From Bacteroidaceae bacterium (GTDB lineage Bacteria; Bacteroidota; Bacteroidia; Bacteroidales; Bacteroidaceae), in contig JAEEHP010000105.1 in NCBI GenBank assembly GCA_016280855.1, positions 19,100-83,099 of the forward strand: 64,000 nt of DNA, read 5' to 3'. Of the stretch, positions 47,006 through 60,094 are shown piece by piece. How positions within the stretch are numbered: position 1 is the first letter of the stretch; each line of letters starts with the position of its first letter. The notes under the pieces were generated by a model. It was not told the origin of the DNA and did not search any database. It was given only the letters and a program-made list of their open reading frames with translations. A program made the position numbers and the translations under genes.

Positions 47006-48886
47006 ATGATGAAATCATTGATTCACATCGCAGCCCTTCTCCTGTGCTGCTCCACAGCAAGCTACGCCGGCGATTTCGATGAGATGGAACCGCCGACGCT
47101 CGACCTATCGGGCCTTCATTTCGGCCCCACCTCCAACCTATCCCTCCTCAGCTCTACCCCCTCTGAGGAACCCACCACCTCTTCGCCCGACGAAGCGCTC
47201 GACCTTGGTCGCTCCACACTTGGAGAACTTTCCGCTCGGCCCGCAGGGACGCTTGACCCTTCAAGAACTTTCAACTCTCCGCTCGACCTTGGTCGCTCCA
47301 CACTTGGAGAACTTTCAACTTCCGATCCCGGCCGTTCCCGTTGGGTCGATAAGTGGACGTGGATGCATACCAACGAGGGCGTCAAACCCTTCAAGGTCAT
47401 GGACGACCTCACCTTCGTCGGCGTGCCCGTCTTCTTTGCCGGTATGTTGGCCAAGGCCGAAAAGAAAGCCTTCCGCCAGAACGACGGCACGAAGCACGTC
47501 TTGCTGACCAGTTTCCGGACTCATATTGACGACTACACGCAGTTCTTCGGTCCGGCGCTGACCGTCGGCCTCAAGGTTGGCGGCGTCGAAGGGCGCTCCG
47601 ACTGGGGGCGCTTCCTCGCCAGCTCATTCATGTCCTACGGCTTCATGATCGGCTTCGTCAACGCCCTGAAGTACACCACCAAGGAACTGCGTCCCGACGG
47701 CACGACCCACAACTCATGGCCTTCGGGTCACACCGCTACTGCCTTCGTCGGCGCCACCCTCTTGCATAAGGAGTACGGTCTGACGCGCTCGCCGTGGTAT
47801 TCCGTGGCCGGCTATGGCGTTGCCACGGCCACCGGCATCATGCGTGTACTCAACAACCGCCACTGGGTCAGCGATGTCCTCTCAGGTGCCGGCATCGGTA
47901 TGGTCTCCACCGAGCTGGGCTATGCCCTCAGCGATGTCATCTTCAAGGGGCGCGGTCTGTTGAACAACAACATCGATTCCGTGGCCAGCATCGTCGAGCG
48001 TCCCTCGTTCTTCGCCATCTCGATGGGTATGGGATGGGGGTCCCGCCATCTCGACTTCCACTACGAGGACGATGAGATCACGCGCGACCTCAACCTGCGC
48101 TTCCGCACATCCACGATGGTCAACGTCGAAGGTGCATACTTCTTTAACAAGTACATCGGCATCGGCGGCCGTCTGCGCGTCAACGCATCGCCTATCAACG
48201 GCTGGGACCGTGTCCTCGACTTTGCCCAGAACGACGTCGCTGACATGATCCGCGAAATGGATGAGGATGCCGACCTGGCGGAACTCAACTCCATCGTCTT
48301 CAACGACGAAGGCCGTCGCCCCGAGTTCACCATCGAGAGCGACCACCTCACCGAATTTGCCGCCGACCTCGGCCCCTACGTCAACATACCTCTCTCCCGC
48401 CACTTCGCCCTCGGCACCAAGCTCCTCTTCGGACGCAGCATCATGCAGGAACTCAACCTCAAGGCACGCTTCCAGGGCAATGTCAAGGCGCTCAACTTTA
48501 CCGTCAACGACGACAAGGAAATCGACCTCGTCATCTCCGATGCCCTCAACGACGACGGCTCCAATAAGACCTACGACACCTCGTGGGACTATTTCGTCCT
48601 CGATGCCAACAACTCGTGGAAGGCGGGCACAGGCATCTCCCTCACCTATGCCTACAAGAACAATTTCTCGTTCCGCGTCTTTGCCGACTACGACTTTACG
48701 CGCAAGACCTACACCCTCGAGTACAACCCCAGCGAGTTCCTCAAGGTGAGCATGCCCGATATGCTGAATCTCTACAAATTGGTCAGCGAGGGCGAAGACC
48801 TCCTTGATGAATTCAACGAGAATATGACCCTTCGCCGTAACCGCCACACCTTCACCCTCGGCGCTTCCTTCGCCGTGTCGTTCTGA
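47006..48886 (+). CDS. PAP2 superfamily phosphatase fused to a C-terminal beta-rich (outer-membrane-barrel-like) domain
   Basis: PAP2 motifs KELRPDG, PSGHTATAF and RVLNNRHWVSDV. The C-terminal ~330 aa has alternating beta-type sequence ending ...LGASFAVSF (aromatic terminus). The N-terminal linker carries a 35-bp perfect direct repeat. Confidence 0.7.
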   Translation: MMKSLIHIAALLLCCSTASYAGDFDEMEPPTLDLSGLHFGPTSNLSLLSSTPSEEPTTSSPDEALDLGRSTLGELSARPAGTLDPSRTFNSPLDLGRSTLGELSTSDPGRSRWVDKWTWMHTNEGVKPFKVMDDLTFVGVPVFFAGMLAKAEKKAFRQNDGTKHVLLTSFRTHIDDYTQFFGPALTVGLKVGGVEGRSDWGRFLASSFMSYGFMIGFVNALKYTTKELRPDGTTHNSWPSGHTATAFVGATLLHKEYGLTRSPWYSVAGYGVATATGIMRVLNNRHWVSDVLSGAGIGMVSTELGYALSDVIFKGRGLLNNNIDSVASIVERPSFFAISMGMGWGSRHLDFHYEDDEITRDLNLRFRTSTMVNVEGAYFFNKYIGIGGRLRVNASPINGWDRVLDFAQNDVADMIREMDEDADLAELNSIVFNDEGRRPEFTIESDHLTEFAADLGPYVNIPLSRHFALGTKLLFGRSIMQELNLKARFQGNVKALNFTVNDDKEIDLVISDALNDDGSNKTYDTSWDYFVLDANNSWKAGTGISLTYAYKNNFSFRVFADYDFTRKTYTLEYNPSEFLKVSMPDMLNLYKLVSEGEDLLDEFNENMTLRRNRHTFTLGASFAVSF

Positions 48887-48901
48887 GAAACGCGAGCAAG
48901 T

Positions 48902-53561
<4,660 letters not shown>

Positions 53562-53714
53562 GCCAACGCTTGCTACTTGTACATCCTATAAATGACTACT
53601 CGCATCATGACCTCAAAACATAGGGGTTTTATTCATAAACGAGATGAGGTGCGCACATATCCCTCTGCGCAGCCTTTGTCATTCGTCATTGACCTTCGGT
53701 CGAGCCTGCTCACG

Positions 53715-53752
53715 CTCGGGATAGTTCAAGCGAGCTTGACTCTCCTCTCGCT
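53715..53752. repeat. REP-like palindromic element, copy B
   Basis: CTCGGGATAGTTCAAGCGAGCTTGACTCTCCTCTCGCT contains the palindrome TCAAGC-G-AGCTTGA and is homologous to 3797-3830. Confidence 0.7.
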
Positions 53753-53766
53753 TAATCGCAGCCTTC

Positions 53767-53795
53767 ATCATTCATCATTCTTTTATTCTTCATTC
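53767..53795. repeat. 29-bp inverted repeat, left copy (ATCATTCATCATTCTTTTATTCTTCATTC)
   Basis: Perfect reverse complement of 54893-54921. It lies just 3' of the M48 gene stop (53804). Confidence 0.9.
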
Positions 53796-53803
53796 TTCAT
53801 TCT

Positions 53804-54391
53804 TCAATAGCTATCGTCTTCGTCTTCGTCTTCCTCTTCCTCCTGCATTTGGCAGATGCGTCGCGTCTCCTTGCGCGCTTCGCGCCAGCTTGGGTAGAAG
53901 TGGTCCATGAGGGCGTGGAAGCGCGCATTGTGGCTGGGTTCGAGGAGATGGCAGAGCTCGTGGACGACGATGTGTTCGACGCACCACTCCGGCAACAGGA
54001 GGACGTAGGCTGAGAAGTAGATGCTACGGTCCTTCACGTTGCATTGTCCCCATCGCGAGATGGTCGGTTTGTAATAGACGATGCTCGGCTGCACGCCCAT
54101 CGCCTGTGCGTGGCGCGCCACCATCGGTTCCACCAATGCCTTGAGCCTGCGTAGTGCCTCGTCGGCCTGCTGGCGTGTGGAGAGAGGCAGTTGGTCGAAG
54201 AAGGCTGCGCGCTGGCGCTGTCGTGCCAGGGTGTTCTGTCTGGCTTGCTCAATCCATACGCGATTCTCCTCGATGAAGGCCATCACTCTGTCTCGCGGCG
54301 TGCCGAGGGGTGCCGACACGTGTACGTCGCCGTTCTTCACGATGCGCATGGACAGTCGGCTCGTGCGCCTGTAGGTGATCTGTATGCTCAT
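53804..54391 (-). CDS. M48-family metallopeptidase (YgjP/DUF45-like)
   Basis: Start at MSIQITYRRTSRLSMRI. Zinc motif HELCHLLEPSHN and an acidic tail. The upstream part of ORF 53804..54574 overlaps the nitroreductase gene and is rejected. Confidence 0.75.
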   Translation of the reverse strand: MSIQITYRRTSRLSMRIVKNGDVHVSAPLGTPRDRVMAFIEENRVWIEQARQNTLARQRQRAAFFDQLPLSTRQQADEALRRLKALVEPMVARHAQAMGVQPSIVYYKPTISRWGQCNVKDRSIYFSAYVLLLPEWCVEHIVVHELCHLLEPSHNARFHALMDHFYPSWREARKETRRICQMQEEEEDEDEDDSY

Positions 54392-54888
54392 GCCGAGAGT
54401 ATTTCGCCGATGGGCTTGCGCTTCTTCTGGCGTGGCTCGTCGGCAGGGTAGCCTATGGGGATGACGACGGCGGGTTCCTCGTCCGCGGGCAGGGCAAAGC
54501 GTTCCTTCAGCAGGGCGGCATCGAAGTTGCACACCCAGCAGGTGCCCAGGCCTTGCTCCGTGGCGGCCAGGCATAGGTGCTCAACGGCGATGGCGACGTC
54601 GATGTCGCCGTGGTGCTTGCCGTCGGCTCGCACCCATTCCTCGTCGTGCAGCACGGAGGCGATGATGTACAAGGGAGCGGTCTTGAACCACTCGCGGTCG
54701 TAGCATTCCTGCAGCTTGGCCTTGTCGGCCGGCTCGCTGATGAGGTGGAAGCGCCAGGGCTGTTTGTTAACGGCCGACGGCGCCAGGCGCACGCACTCCA
54801 TGACGTACGCTATCTTCTCTTGCTCCACGCCGAGCGGTTGGTAGGTCCGGCAGCTGTATCTACGCTGGATTAAATCTAAAAGGGACAT
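54388..54888 (-). CDS. nitroreductase family protein
   Basis: Start at MSLLDLIQRRYSCRTYQ. ...APSAVNKQPW... is the nitroreductase pattern. Its stop overlaps the M48 start (ATGA). Confidence 0.8.
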   Translation of the reverse strand: MSLLDLIQRRYSCRTYQPLGVEQEKIAYVMECVRLAPSAVNKQPWRFHLISEPADKAKLQECYDREWFKTAPLYIIASVLHDEEWVRADGKHHGDIDVAIAVEHLCLAATEQGLGTCWVCNFDAALLKERFALPADEEPAVVIPIGYPADEPRQKKRKPIGEILSA

Positions 54889-54892
54889 AAAT

Positions 54893-54921
54893 GAATGAAG
54901 AATAAAAGAATGATGAATGAT
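54893..54921. repeat. 29-bp inverted repeat, right copy
   Basis: Plus strand reads GAATGAAGAATAAAAGAATGATGAATGAT, the reverse complement of 53767-53795. It lies between the promoter box (54929-54936) and the nitroreductase ATG (54888). Confidence 0.9.
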
Positions 54922-54928
54922 TTTGCTG

Positions 54929-54936
54929 CAAAAATA
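54929..54936 (-). promoter_or_regulatory. -7 promoter box TATTTTTG (nitroreductase-M48 operon)
   Basis: Plus strand reads CAAAAATA, 40 nt upstream of the ATG. Confidence 0.4.
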
Positions 54937-55135
54937 CATAATCCCTTTGAATAGACAAACAAAAGCGGTGAAAAAAAGGTTTTCGCGCATTTTGCTGCAT
55001 TTTTCTTAATGATAAAGGGATTCGTTTCGAAGAATTGTTGTAACTTTGTCGCGGTTAAGGTCTGCCGGAGCCGCTGTCGTGTGGTCAGGGTGGCTTTTTC
55101 ATCGCATTTTTTTCGAATCATTCCTGTATATGTAT

Positions 55136-55708
55136 ATGCTCATGAAAAAGATTTTTGTTGTGGCCGTCCTGTTGCTCGCAGCCCTGTCGGGGTCGGCACA
55201 GGAGAAGGTAATGACCGTCCAGAAGAAGGACGGGACGAGCGCCGGCACGCGTGTGGCTGACGTGAAGGAGATCAGTTTCCTCGCTGTGGAAGCCGGCAGC
55301 CAGGGCGTGCTGGTGAAGACGCAGAGCGGCGAGACGGCGGCCGTGCGCTTCGAGGCGAATCCCGTCGTGACCGTCGCCAACGGTAAGCTGAACGTCAGGT
55401 CGAGCGATGCCGATGCTATAGCGTTCGAAATCAGCGACGTCGCGGAAATCCTCTTCGGCGATGCTTCCGAAGGCACGGCCATCAAGGCACCCGAAGGGTT
55501 GGCCTTTGTCGTGCAGGAGGGCGGCGCGCTGCTGCGAGGCATACCAAAGGGCGTGAAGCCGCGCATCTATACGATGGACGGCCGCAGTCTGCCGACGCCT
55601 CCGCTGCAAGGTGACGAACTGCGACTGAACCGCGCTACCATGGGCGCTGGCATCTTTATCGTGAAGGTGGGCTCGTTCGCTACGAAGATCAGAGTGGGGA
55701 GAGATTAG
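55136..55708 (+). CDS. small secreted protein with T9SS-like C-terminal tail
   Basis: Signal MLMKKIFVVAVLLLAALSGSAQ and C-terminal IYTMDGRSL...GIFIVKVGSFATKIRVGRD. I recognise no catalytic motif. Confidence 0.55.
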   Translation: MLMKKIFVVAVLLLAALSGSAQEKVMTVQKKDGTSAGTRVADVKEISFLAVEAGSQGVLVKTQSGETAAVRFEANPVVTVANGKLNVRSSDADAIAFEISDVAEILFGDASEGTAIKAPEGLAFVVQEGGALLRGIPKGVKPRIYTMDGRSLPTPPLQGDELRLNRATMGAGIFIVKVGSFATKIRVGRD

Positions 55709-55750
55709 AGATGAGAGATTAGAGATTAAAGATTAGAGATAAGAGATTGC
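55695..55750 (+). repeat. heptamer word repeat (GAGATTA)n, C-free
   Basis: GAGAGATTAGAGATGAGAGATTAGAGATTAAAGATTAGAGATAAGAGATT spans the stop of the upstream gene and the leader of the next gene. Confidence 0.85.
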
Positions 55751-55759
55751 TTTAGCACA

Positions 55760-57919
55760 ATGAACACGATGAAAAAGATATTGCTTATGGCGGCTTCCCT
55801 CGTGGGTGCCGCACAGCTGATGGCTCAGGAGCCCACCACGATGGTCATGAAGCTCGCGAATGGCGCCGTGGTGCGTACCGACGTGAACGAGGTGGAAAGG
55901 ATCACGTTCGACGATGCCACATATAACCTTAACAGCTCGGGCGACCGCATCCTGGAGGCCGACGAGCTATGCTGGCCGGAGGACCGTCTGATCCCGTTGT
56001 TCTTGCCGCCGGCATCGACGATCAAGACGCTGGACTTGAATGCCTTCGGGTTCAGCGCCGAGGAACGCGTCATGTTCTGCACGCTGCAGGGACTCGTCAA
56101 CCGCACGCGACCGCGCCTGCTGCTCTACAACCACAACGAGGAACCGCGCACCACGTGGCCCAATGCCCACAGCCTCAGAACCAGCGCCGTGACCGAATCG
56201 CCCTACCAGCTGGTGAAGCTGTACGCGGAGGAGATCAAGGGGCTGGTGCTGTACAGCACGCAGCGCAGCGCGCACTACGCCAATCTCGCCGTGACCATCG
56301 CGGGACTGGACCGCCTGCTGCCCGTGACGGCAGCCATCAGGGACAAGCTCGTGGCGGCCGGCATGGACTTCCCCGTCGTCGAGGACCTCACGGAGCTCAC
56401 CTACAGCAACGCCGTAGGCGTATATAAACACCTCTACTCCAACTACTGGAGCCGCTGCAACCATCGCCTGATTATCAACGAGGCACCCGACATACCCTAC
56501 GTCCACGACATCGGTGCCGCCTGCGGCTCGGCCTGCGTGTGGCTCGACCCGCGCAACGCCACCGAAAAGGCGCTGCTCGACAGGATGCTCAAAGACCTGA
56601 CACCCGGACGCGACTTCGTGCTCGGGTGGTACCCCGAGGAACGCTCCGGCATCGGAGAAGCCACCAAGTACGGCCTCACGAGCGTGCCCGCTGACTTCTT
56701 CGAGAATACCACGGTCTATACGGCCGTGAACAAACCCGTCAAGATTCCGCCTGTGCCCAAGCGTCCCAAGCTCGAGAACAAGGTCTATGCGGCCGTGTAT
56801 ATCAGCGACGGCGACAATATCCAGTACTGTCAGCACGCCATGGCCAAGATCTTCGAGCAGGGCGGCCGCGGACAGATGGCCTTGAACTGGACCATCAGCC
56901 CCGCGCTCGTGGACATCGCCCCCATGATGTTGAACTACTACTACCGCAAGGCTTCGACCAACGACTGCTTCGTCAGCGGTCCGTCGGGACTGGGCTATGC
57001 CATGCCTTACGATGCGCACAACTCGCGCTATAATGCCGGCGCGGACGACAGCGGGCTGTTCACCCCCTACACGCAGCTCACGCAGCGCTACATCGAGAAA
57101 GCCGGGCTGCGCGTCATCACCGTATGGGATAACATCAGCGACACGCAGCGGCAGGCCTATGCCGACAACTGCCCCTACCTCTATGGACTCACCATCAACG
57201 ACTGGGAGCGACAGAACGGACGCCTGGCCACCAAGGTGCAGGCCGAATGGCTGCCCGTAGCCGTGCAATATCCCTGCTACGCCAATGGCGTGGACGTCAT
57301 CACCGACTTCTTCAACCGCGACGTCAAGAACTTCACGGGCGCCGAGCCCATGTTCGTCACGGGTCAGGCCACCGTCTGGGATGCCGGTCCCGACAAGCTC
57401 ATCGCCCTGCGTTCGAGGCTCAACGAACTCGCCCCGGGCAACGTCGACATCGTGCGTGCCGACCATTGGTTCAGCTATTTCAACGAGGCGCGCCACCTGC
57501 CGTTCAACATCACCCTGCTGGAGCAGATGGAAGCCACGTCGTCGCCCTCGAGGACCAAAGCCAAGCTGGCTGCCGACGGCTCACCGTCCGACGGATACCT
57601 GTGGGTGGCCACGGCCGCCGACGGCACGGGATGGGTGCAGCTGGACTTCAAGGAGCCTTTCCTCATCAGCCGCTACGTCATACGTCATGCCGAAACGGCA
57701 GGCTTGGATGCCGGTCTCAACAGCCGCGACTTCACCGTCGAGGTCAGCATCGACGGCGAGACATGGACCACCGTAGGCGCATACGTTGGCAACACCAAGC
57801 CCGTCACCGAAGCCGCCATCACGCCCGTCGAGGCGCAGTACGTGCGCGTGAACGTCACCAACAGCGGCACCGACGGGCACGTTCGCATCTGCGACATCGA
57901 GGTCTATGGCTCACATTGA
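55760..57919 (+). CDS. GxGYxYP-family putative glycoside hydrolase with C-terminal F5/8 type C (discoidin) domain
   Basis: Signal peptide; GPSGLGYAMPY (GxGYxYP-type motif); C-terminal discoidin-like ...WVQLDFKEPFLISRYVIRHAE...YVRVNVTNS...ICDIEVYG. Confidence 0.65.
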   Translation: MNTMKKILLMAASLVGAAQLMAQEPTTMVMKLANGAVVRTDVNEVERITFDDATYNLNSSGDRILEADELCWPEDRLIPLFLPPASTIKTLDLNAFGFSAEERVMFCTLQGLVNRTRPRLLLYNHNEEPRTTWPNAHSLRTSAVTESPYQLVKLYAEEIKGLVLYSTQRSAHYANLAVTIAGLDRLLPVTAAIRDKLVAAGMDFPVVEDLTELTYSNAVGVYKHLYSNYWSRCNHRLIINEAPDIPYVHDIGAACGSACVWLDPRNATEKALLDRMLKDLTPGRDFVLGWYPEERSGIGEATKYGLTSVPADFFENTTVYTAVNKPVKIPPVPKRPKLENKVYAAVYISDGDNIQYCQHAMAKIFEQGGRGQMALNWTISPALVDIAPMMLNYYYRKASTNDCFVSGPSGLGYAMPYDAHNSRYNAGADDSGLFTPYTQLTQRYIEKAGLRVITVWDNISDTQRQAYADNCPYLYGLTINDWERQNGRLATKVQAEWLPVAVQYPCYANGVDVITDFFNRDVKNFTGAEPMFVTGQATVWDAGPDKLIALRSRLNELAPGNVDIVRADHWFSYFNEARHLPFNITLLEQMEATSSPSRTKAKLAADGSPSDGYLWVATAADGTGWVQLDFKEPFLISRYVIRHAETAGLDAGLNSRDFTVEVSIDGETWTTVGAYVGNTKPVTEAAITPVEAQYVRVNVTNSGTDGHVRICDIEVYGSH

Positions 57920-57946
57920 TGATCAACAAGTATCACCATAAAAATA

Positions 57947-58501
57947 TTGAAGACTATGCAAAAGATTTATGATTTCAAGGCGCTAACGAGCAAAGGCAAG
58001 GAGCTCGATTTCGCACAGTTCGAGGGCAAGGTACTGCTCATCGTCAACACCGCCAGCAAGTGCGGCTTCACCCCTCAGTTCGCAGGCCTTGAGGCGCTGA
58101 ACCAGAAGTATCGCGACAAGGGACTCGTCATCATCGGATTCCCCTGCAACCAGTTCAAGGAGCAGGATCCGGGCAACGACGCTCAGATCGAGGAGTTCTG
58201 CCAGCTCAACTACGGCGTCACCTTCCAGATCATGAAGAAGACCGACGTCAACGGCCCCGATGCCGAACCCATCTTCGAGTACCTCAAGGCACAGGCGCCC
58301 ACCGAGGACTACTCCGGACTGAAGGCCAAGGCGACGCACGCCCTCCTGAAAACGCTCAGCAAGAGCGTCGAGAAGGACAGCGACATCCTCTGGAACTTCA
58401 CCAAATTCCTCATCTCGAAGGACGGACAAACCATCAAACGCTATGCGCCCACCACGGAACCCAAGGACTTCGAGAAGGACGTGGAAGCGTTCCTGAATTG
58501 A
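57947..58501 (+). CDS. glutathione peroxidase
   Basis: LIVNTASKCGFTPQ (catalytic Cys), GFPCNQF, and a WNFTKFL motif. Confidence 0.9.
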   Translation: MKTMQKIYDFKALTSKGKELDFAQFEGKVLLIVNTASKCGFTPQFAGLEALNQKYRDKGLVIIGFPCNQFKEQDPGNDAQIEEFCQLNYGVTFQIMKKTDVNGPDAEPIFEYLKAQAPTEDYSGLKAKATHALLKTLSKSVEKDSDILWNFTKFLISKDGQTIKRYAPTTEPKDFEKDVEAFLN

Positions 58502-58554
58502 CGCTTGTCAACTCGTCAACTTGTCAACTCGTCAACTATCAACTTTCAACTCCC
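58502..58554 (+). repeat. octamer/heptamer word repeat (GTCAACTY)n abutting the start codon
   Basis: CGCTTGTCAACTCGTCAACTTGTCAACTCGTCAACTATCAACTTTCAACTCCC is followed by the ATG at 58555. Confidence 0.9.
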
Positions 58555-58743
58555 ATGGCACAGCATCAATGTGAGAACTGTAAGTTCAGAGCTTACCACG
58601 ACAAGAACCCGAAGTCGCTGCTGGGACGCTTCTGGCGGTGGCACATCAACTTCTGCCCCGGCTGGAAGGCTTATTTCACCAGTCAGGACGACGGGAAGAA
58701 AGCCCAGCTCAGGGCACAGTACAACTTCACGAAGTATCAGTAG
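58555..58743 (+). CDS. small conserved Cys-containing protein (62 aa)
   Basis: MAQHQCENCKFRAYHDKNPKSLLGRFWRWHINFCPGWKAYF... I recall similar small proteins in Bacteroidota but know no family name. Confidence 0.5.
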   Translation: MAQHQCENCKFRAYHDKNPKSLLGRFWRWHINFCPGWKAYFTSQDDGKKAQLRAQYNFTKYQ

Positions 58744-58779
58744 AGTATAGAAACTATTCACCCCATCATTCCTATCGTT

Positions 58780-59388
58780 ATGAAGAAAACAATGACATTT
58801 ATAGCAGCTGCGGCGCTCATGCTGTCGAGCTGCTTCACCACGGGCAACACGGGCAGCTCAACCGGCAACGTGCTGGGAACCTTGTTGGGCAGCATTTTAA
58901 GCAGCGTGTTGCTGGGCGGTTCGACCTATGATCAGGCAGGCCTCCTGGGCAGCTGGAACTATAGCGCCCCGGGTGCTGCCTTCACCACCGAAAAGGCGCT
59001 GACAAAGGCTGGAGGAACGGCTGCCGTGTCCAACCTCACGACGTCGCTGGCAAGCAACTACAGCAATATCGGAATCAATCGCAGCAACACTTCCTTCTCG
59101 TTCCTTAGCGGCAATATGTTCTCGGCTAAGGTAAATGGCATACCTTTCAGCGGAACCTATGCCTACAACCCGCAGAACGGCGAAATCGCCCTCAAGACGG
59201 CTACTGAGACCATCAAGGGCAACGTGTTGAAGACCGAGAAAGGTATGGGTCTGATGTTCGACTCCAAACAGATGGCCAATGTCCTCCAGAAAGAGGGCAA
59301 GGTCAGCAACACGGCCGCTGTGCAGGCCGTCAGCAAGCTCGCCAAGAGTACGGACGGCGCCCGTGTCGGCTTTGTGCTCACAAAATAG
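58780..59388 (+). CDS. DUF4923-like lipoprotein (paralog of 23873..24520)
   Basis: Lipobox MLSSC, a Gly/Ser/Thr linker, and GSWNYSAPGAAFTTEKALTKAGG...GARVGFVLTK, parallel to the other copy. Confidence 0.6.
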   Translation: MKKTMTFIAAAALMLSSCFTTGNTGSSTGNVLGTLLGSILSSVLLGGSTYDQAGLLGSWNYSAPGAAFTTEKALTKAGGTAAVSNLTTSLASNYSNIGINRSNTSFSFLSGNMFSAKVNGIPFSGTYAYNPQNGEIALKTATETIKGNVLKTEKGMGLMFDSKQMANVLQKEGKVSNTAAVQAVSKLAKSTDGARVGFVLTK

Positions 59389-59406
59389 GAAAGCGCTTGA
59401 TTCCCC

Positions 59407-59639
59407 TACTTCGGCTGCAAGCACAGTCGGTACTCGCTGGGCGATAGGCCGAGGTGCTTGGTGCAGTAGCGGCTGAAGTAGGAGAGGGAGGTGAAATGCA
59501 TGCGGTCGGCTATCTGGGTGAGCGACAGACGTTCGTCATCCAGATAGCTTTTTATTATAGGTATGGTGTGGCGGTCGATGTAGGAGGTGACGCTGTGCCC
59601 CGTGACGCGCTTGATGGTGGTATGACTGTATGCAGACCG
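59407..59639 (-). pseudogene. AraC-family regulator, C-terminal HTH fragment only (5'-truncated)
   Basis: Hand translation of the minus strand gives ...TTIKRVTGHSVTSYIDRHTIPIIKSYLDDERLSLTQIADRMHFTSLSYFSRYCTKHLGLSPSEYRLCLQPK*. There is no upstream ORF or start, and the frame ends in the GAACGAAC repeat arm. Confidence 0.7.
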
Positions 59640-59907
59640 AACAGCGAACGAACGAACAGTTGTTTGTGTTCGGTTATGAAGGGCGACTAATTGTTCAATA
59701 ATATATATTATATATAATATATATTATTGGCTTATCCATCCGATGACATTTCTATTTGTTCGCTTCTATTTGTTCGCTGTTCGTTCGTTCGCTGTTCGTT
59801 CGTTCGCTGTTCGGGTAAGGGTGAAGGAGCAGGCGAACATCAAAACGGCAAGCAACGAACGAACGAACAACGAACGGAACAACGAGCAACGAACGAACGG
59901 AACGTGG
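59637..59907. repeat. composite inverted-repeat element with a perfect 34-bp A/T palindrome
   Basis: Arm CCGAACAGCGAACGAACGAACAG (59637-59659) has an exact reverse complement at 59792-59814. The palindrome CAATAATATATATTATATATAATATATATTATTG lies at 59696-59729. A third, same-sense GAACGAAC-rich arm lies at 59851-59904. Confidence 0.9.
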
Positions 59908-60016
59908 TACGGCAATGGCTGCGGCATTCATGGACAATGAAAAGCCCTACCTGAAAAAAGAGCCTCGCGCCGCCCCGCTTTTTTCAAAACCTATTGCAAG
60001 CGCCAAGGAATAGTCG

Positions 60017-60024
60017 TACCTTTG
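60017..60024 (+). promoter_or_regulatory. orphan -7 promoter box (CGTACCTTTGCAAC context) with no downstream ORF
   Basis: Same extended context as the boxes at 7745, 15719 and 62777. The next plus-strand gene is more than 1.2 kb away, beyond a convergent araC gene. Confidence 0.4.
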
Positions 60025-60060
60025 CAACGTTGAAAGAAGAGAGCAGGCAAAGCCCGCTGA

Positions 60061-60094
60061 GCGAATAGACGCAGTCGCGAATGCGAATAGACGC
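60061..60094. repeat. direct repeat, 2 x 22-bp period (GCGAATAGACGC core)
   Basis: GCGAATAGACGC occurs at 60061 and 60083. Confidence 0.8.

Noticed and set aside
59727-59954. ORFs 59727..59954(+), 59743..59940(+) and 59752..59937(-) within the GAACGAAC repeat.
   Set aside because: Their translations are repeat artefacts (FVRCSFVRCS..., ERTNNERNNEQRTN). All three frames are open only because the repeat lacks stop codons.
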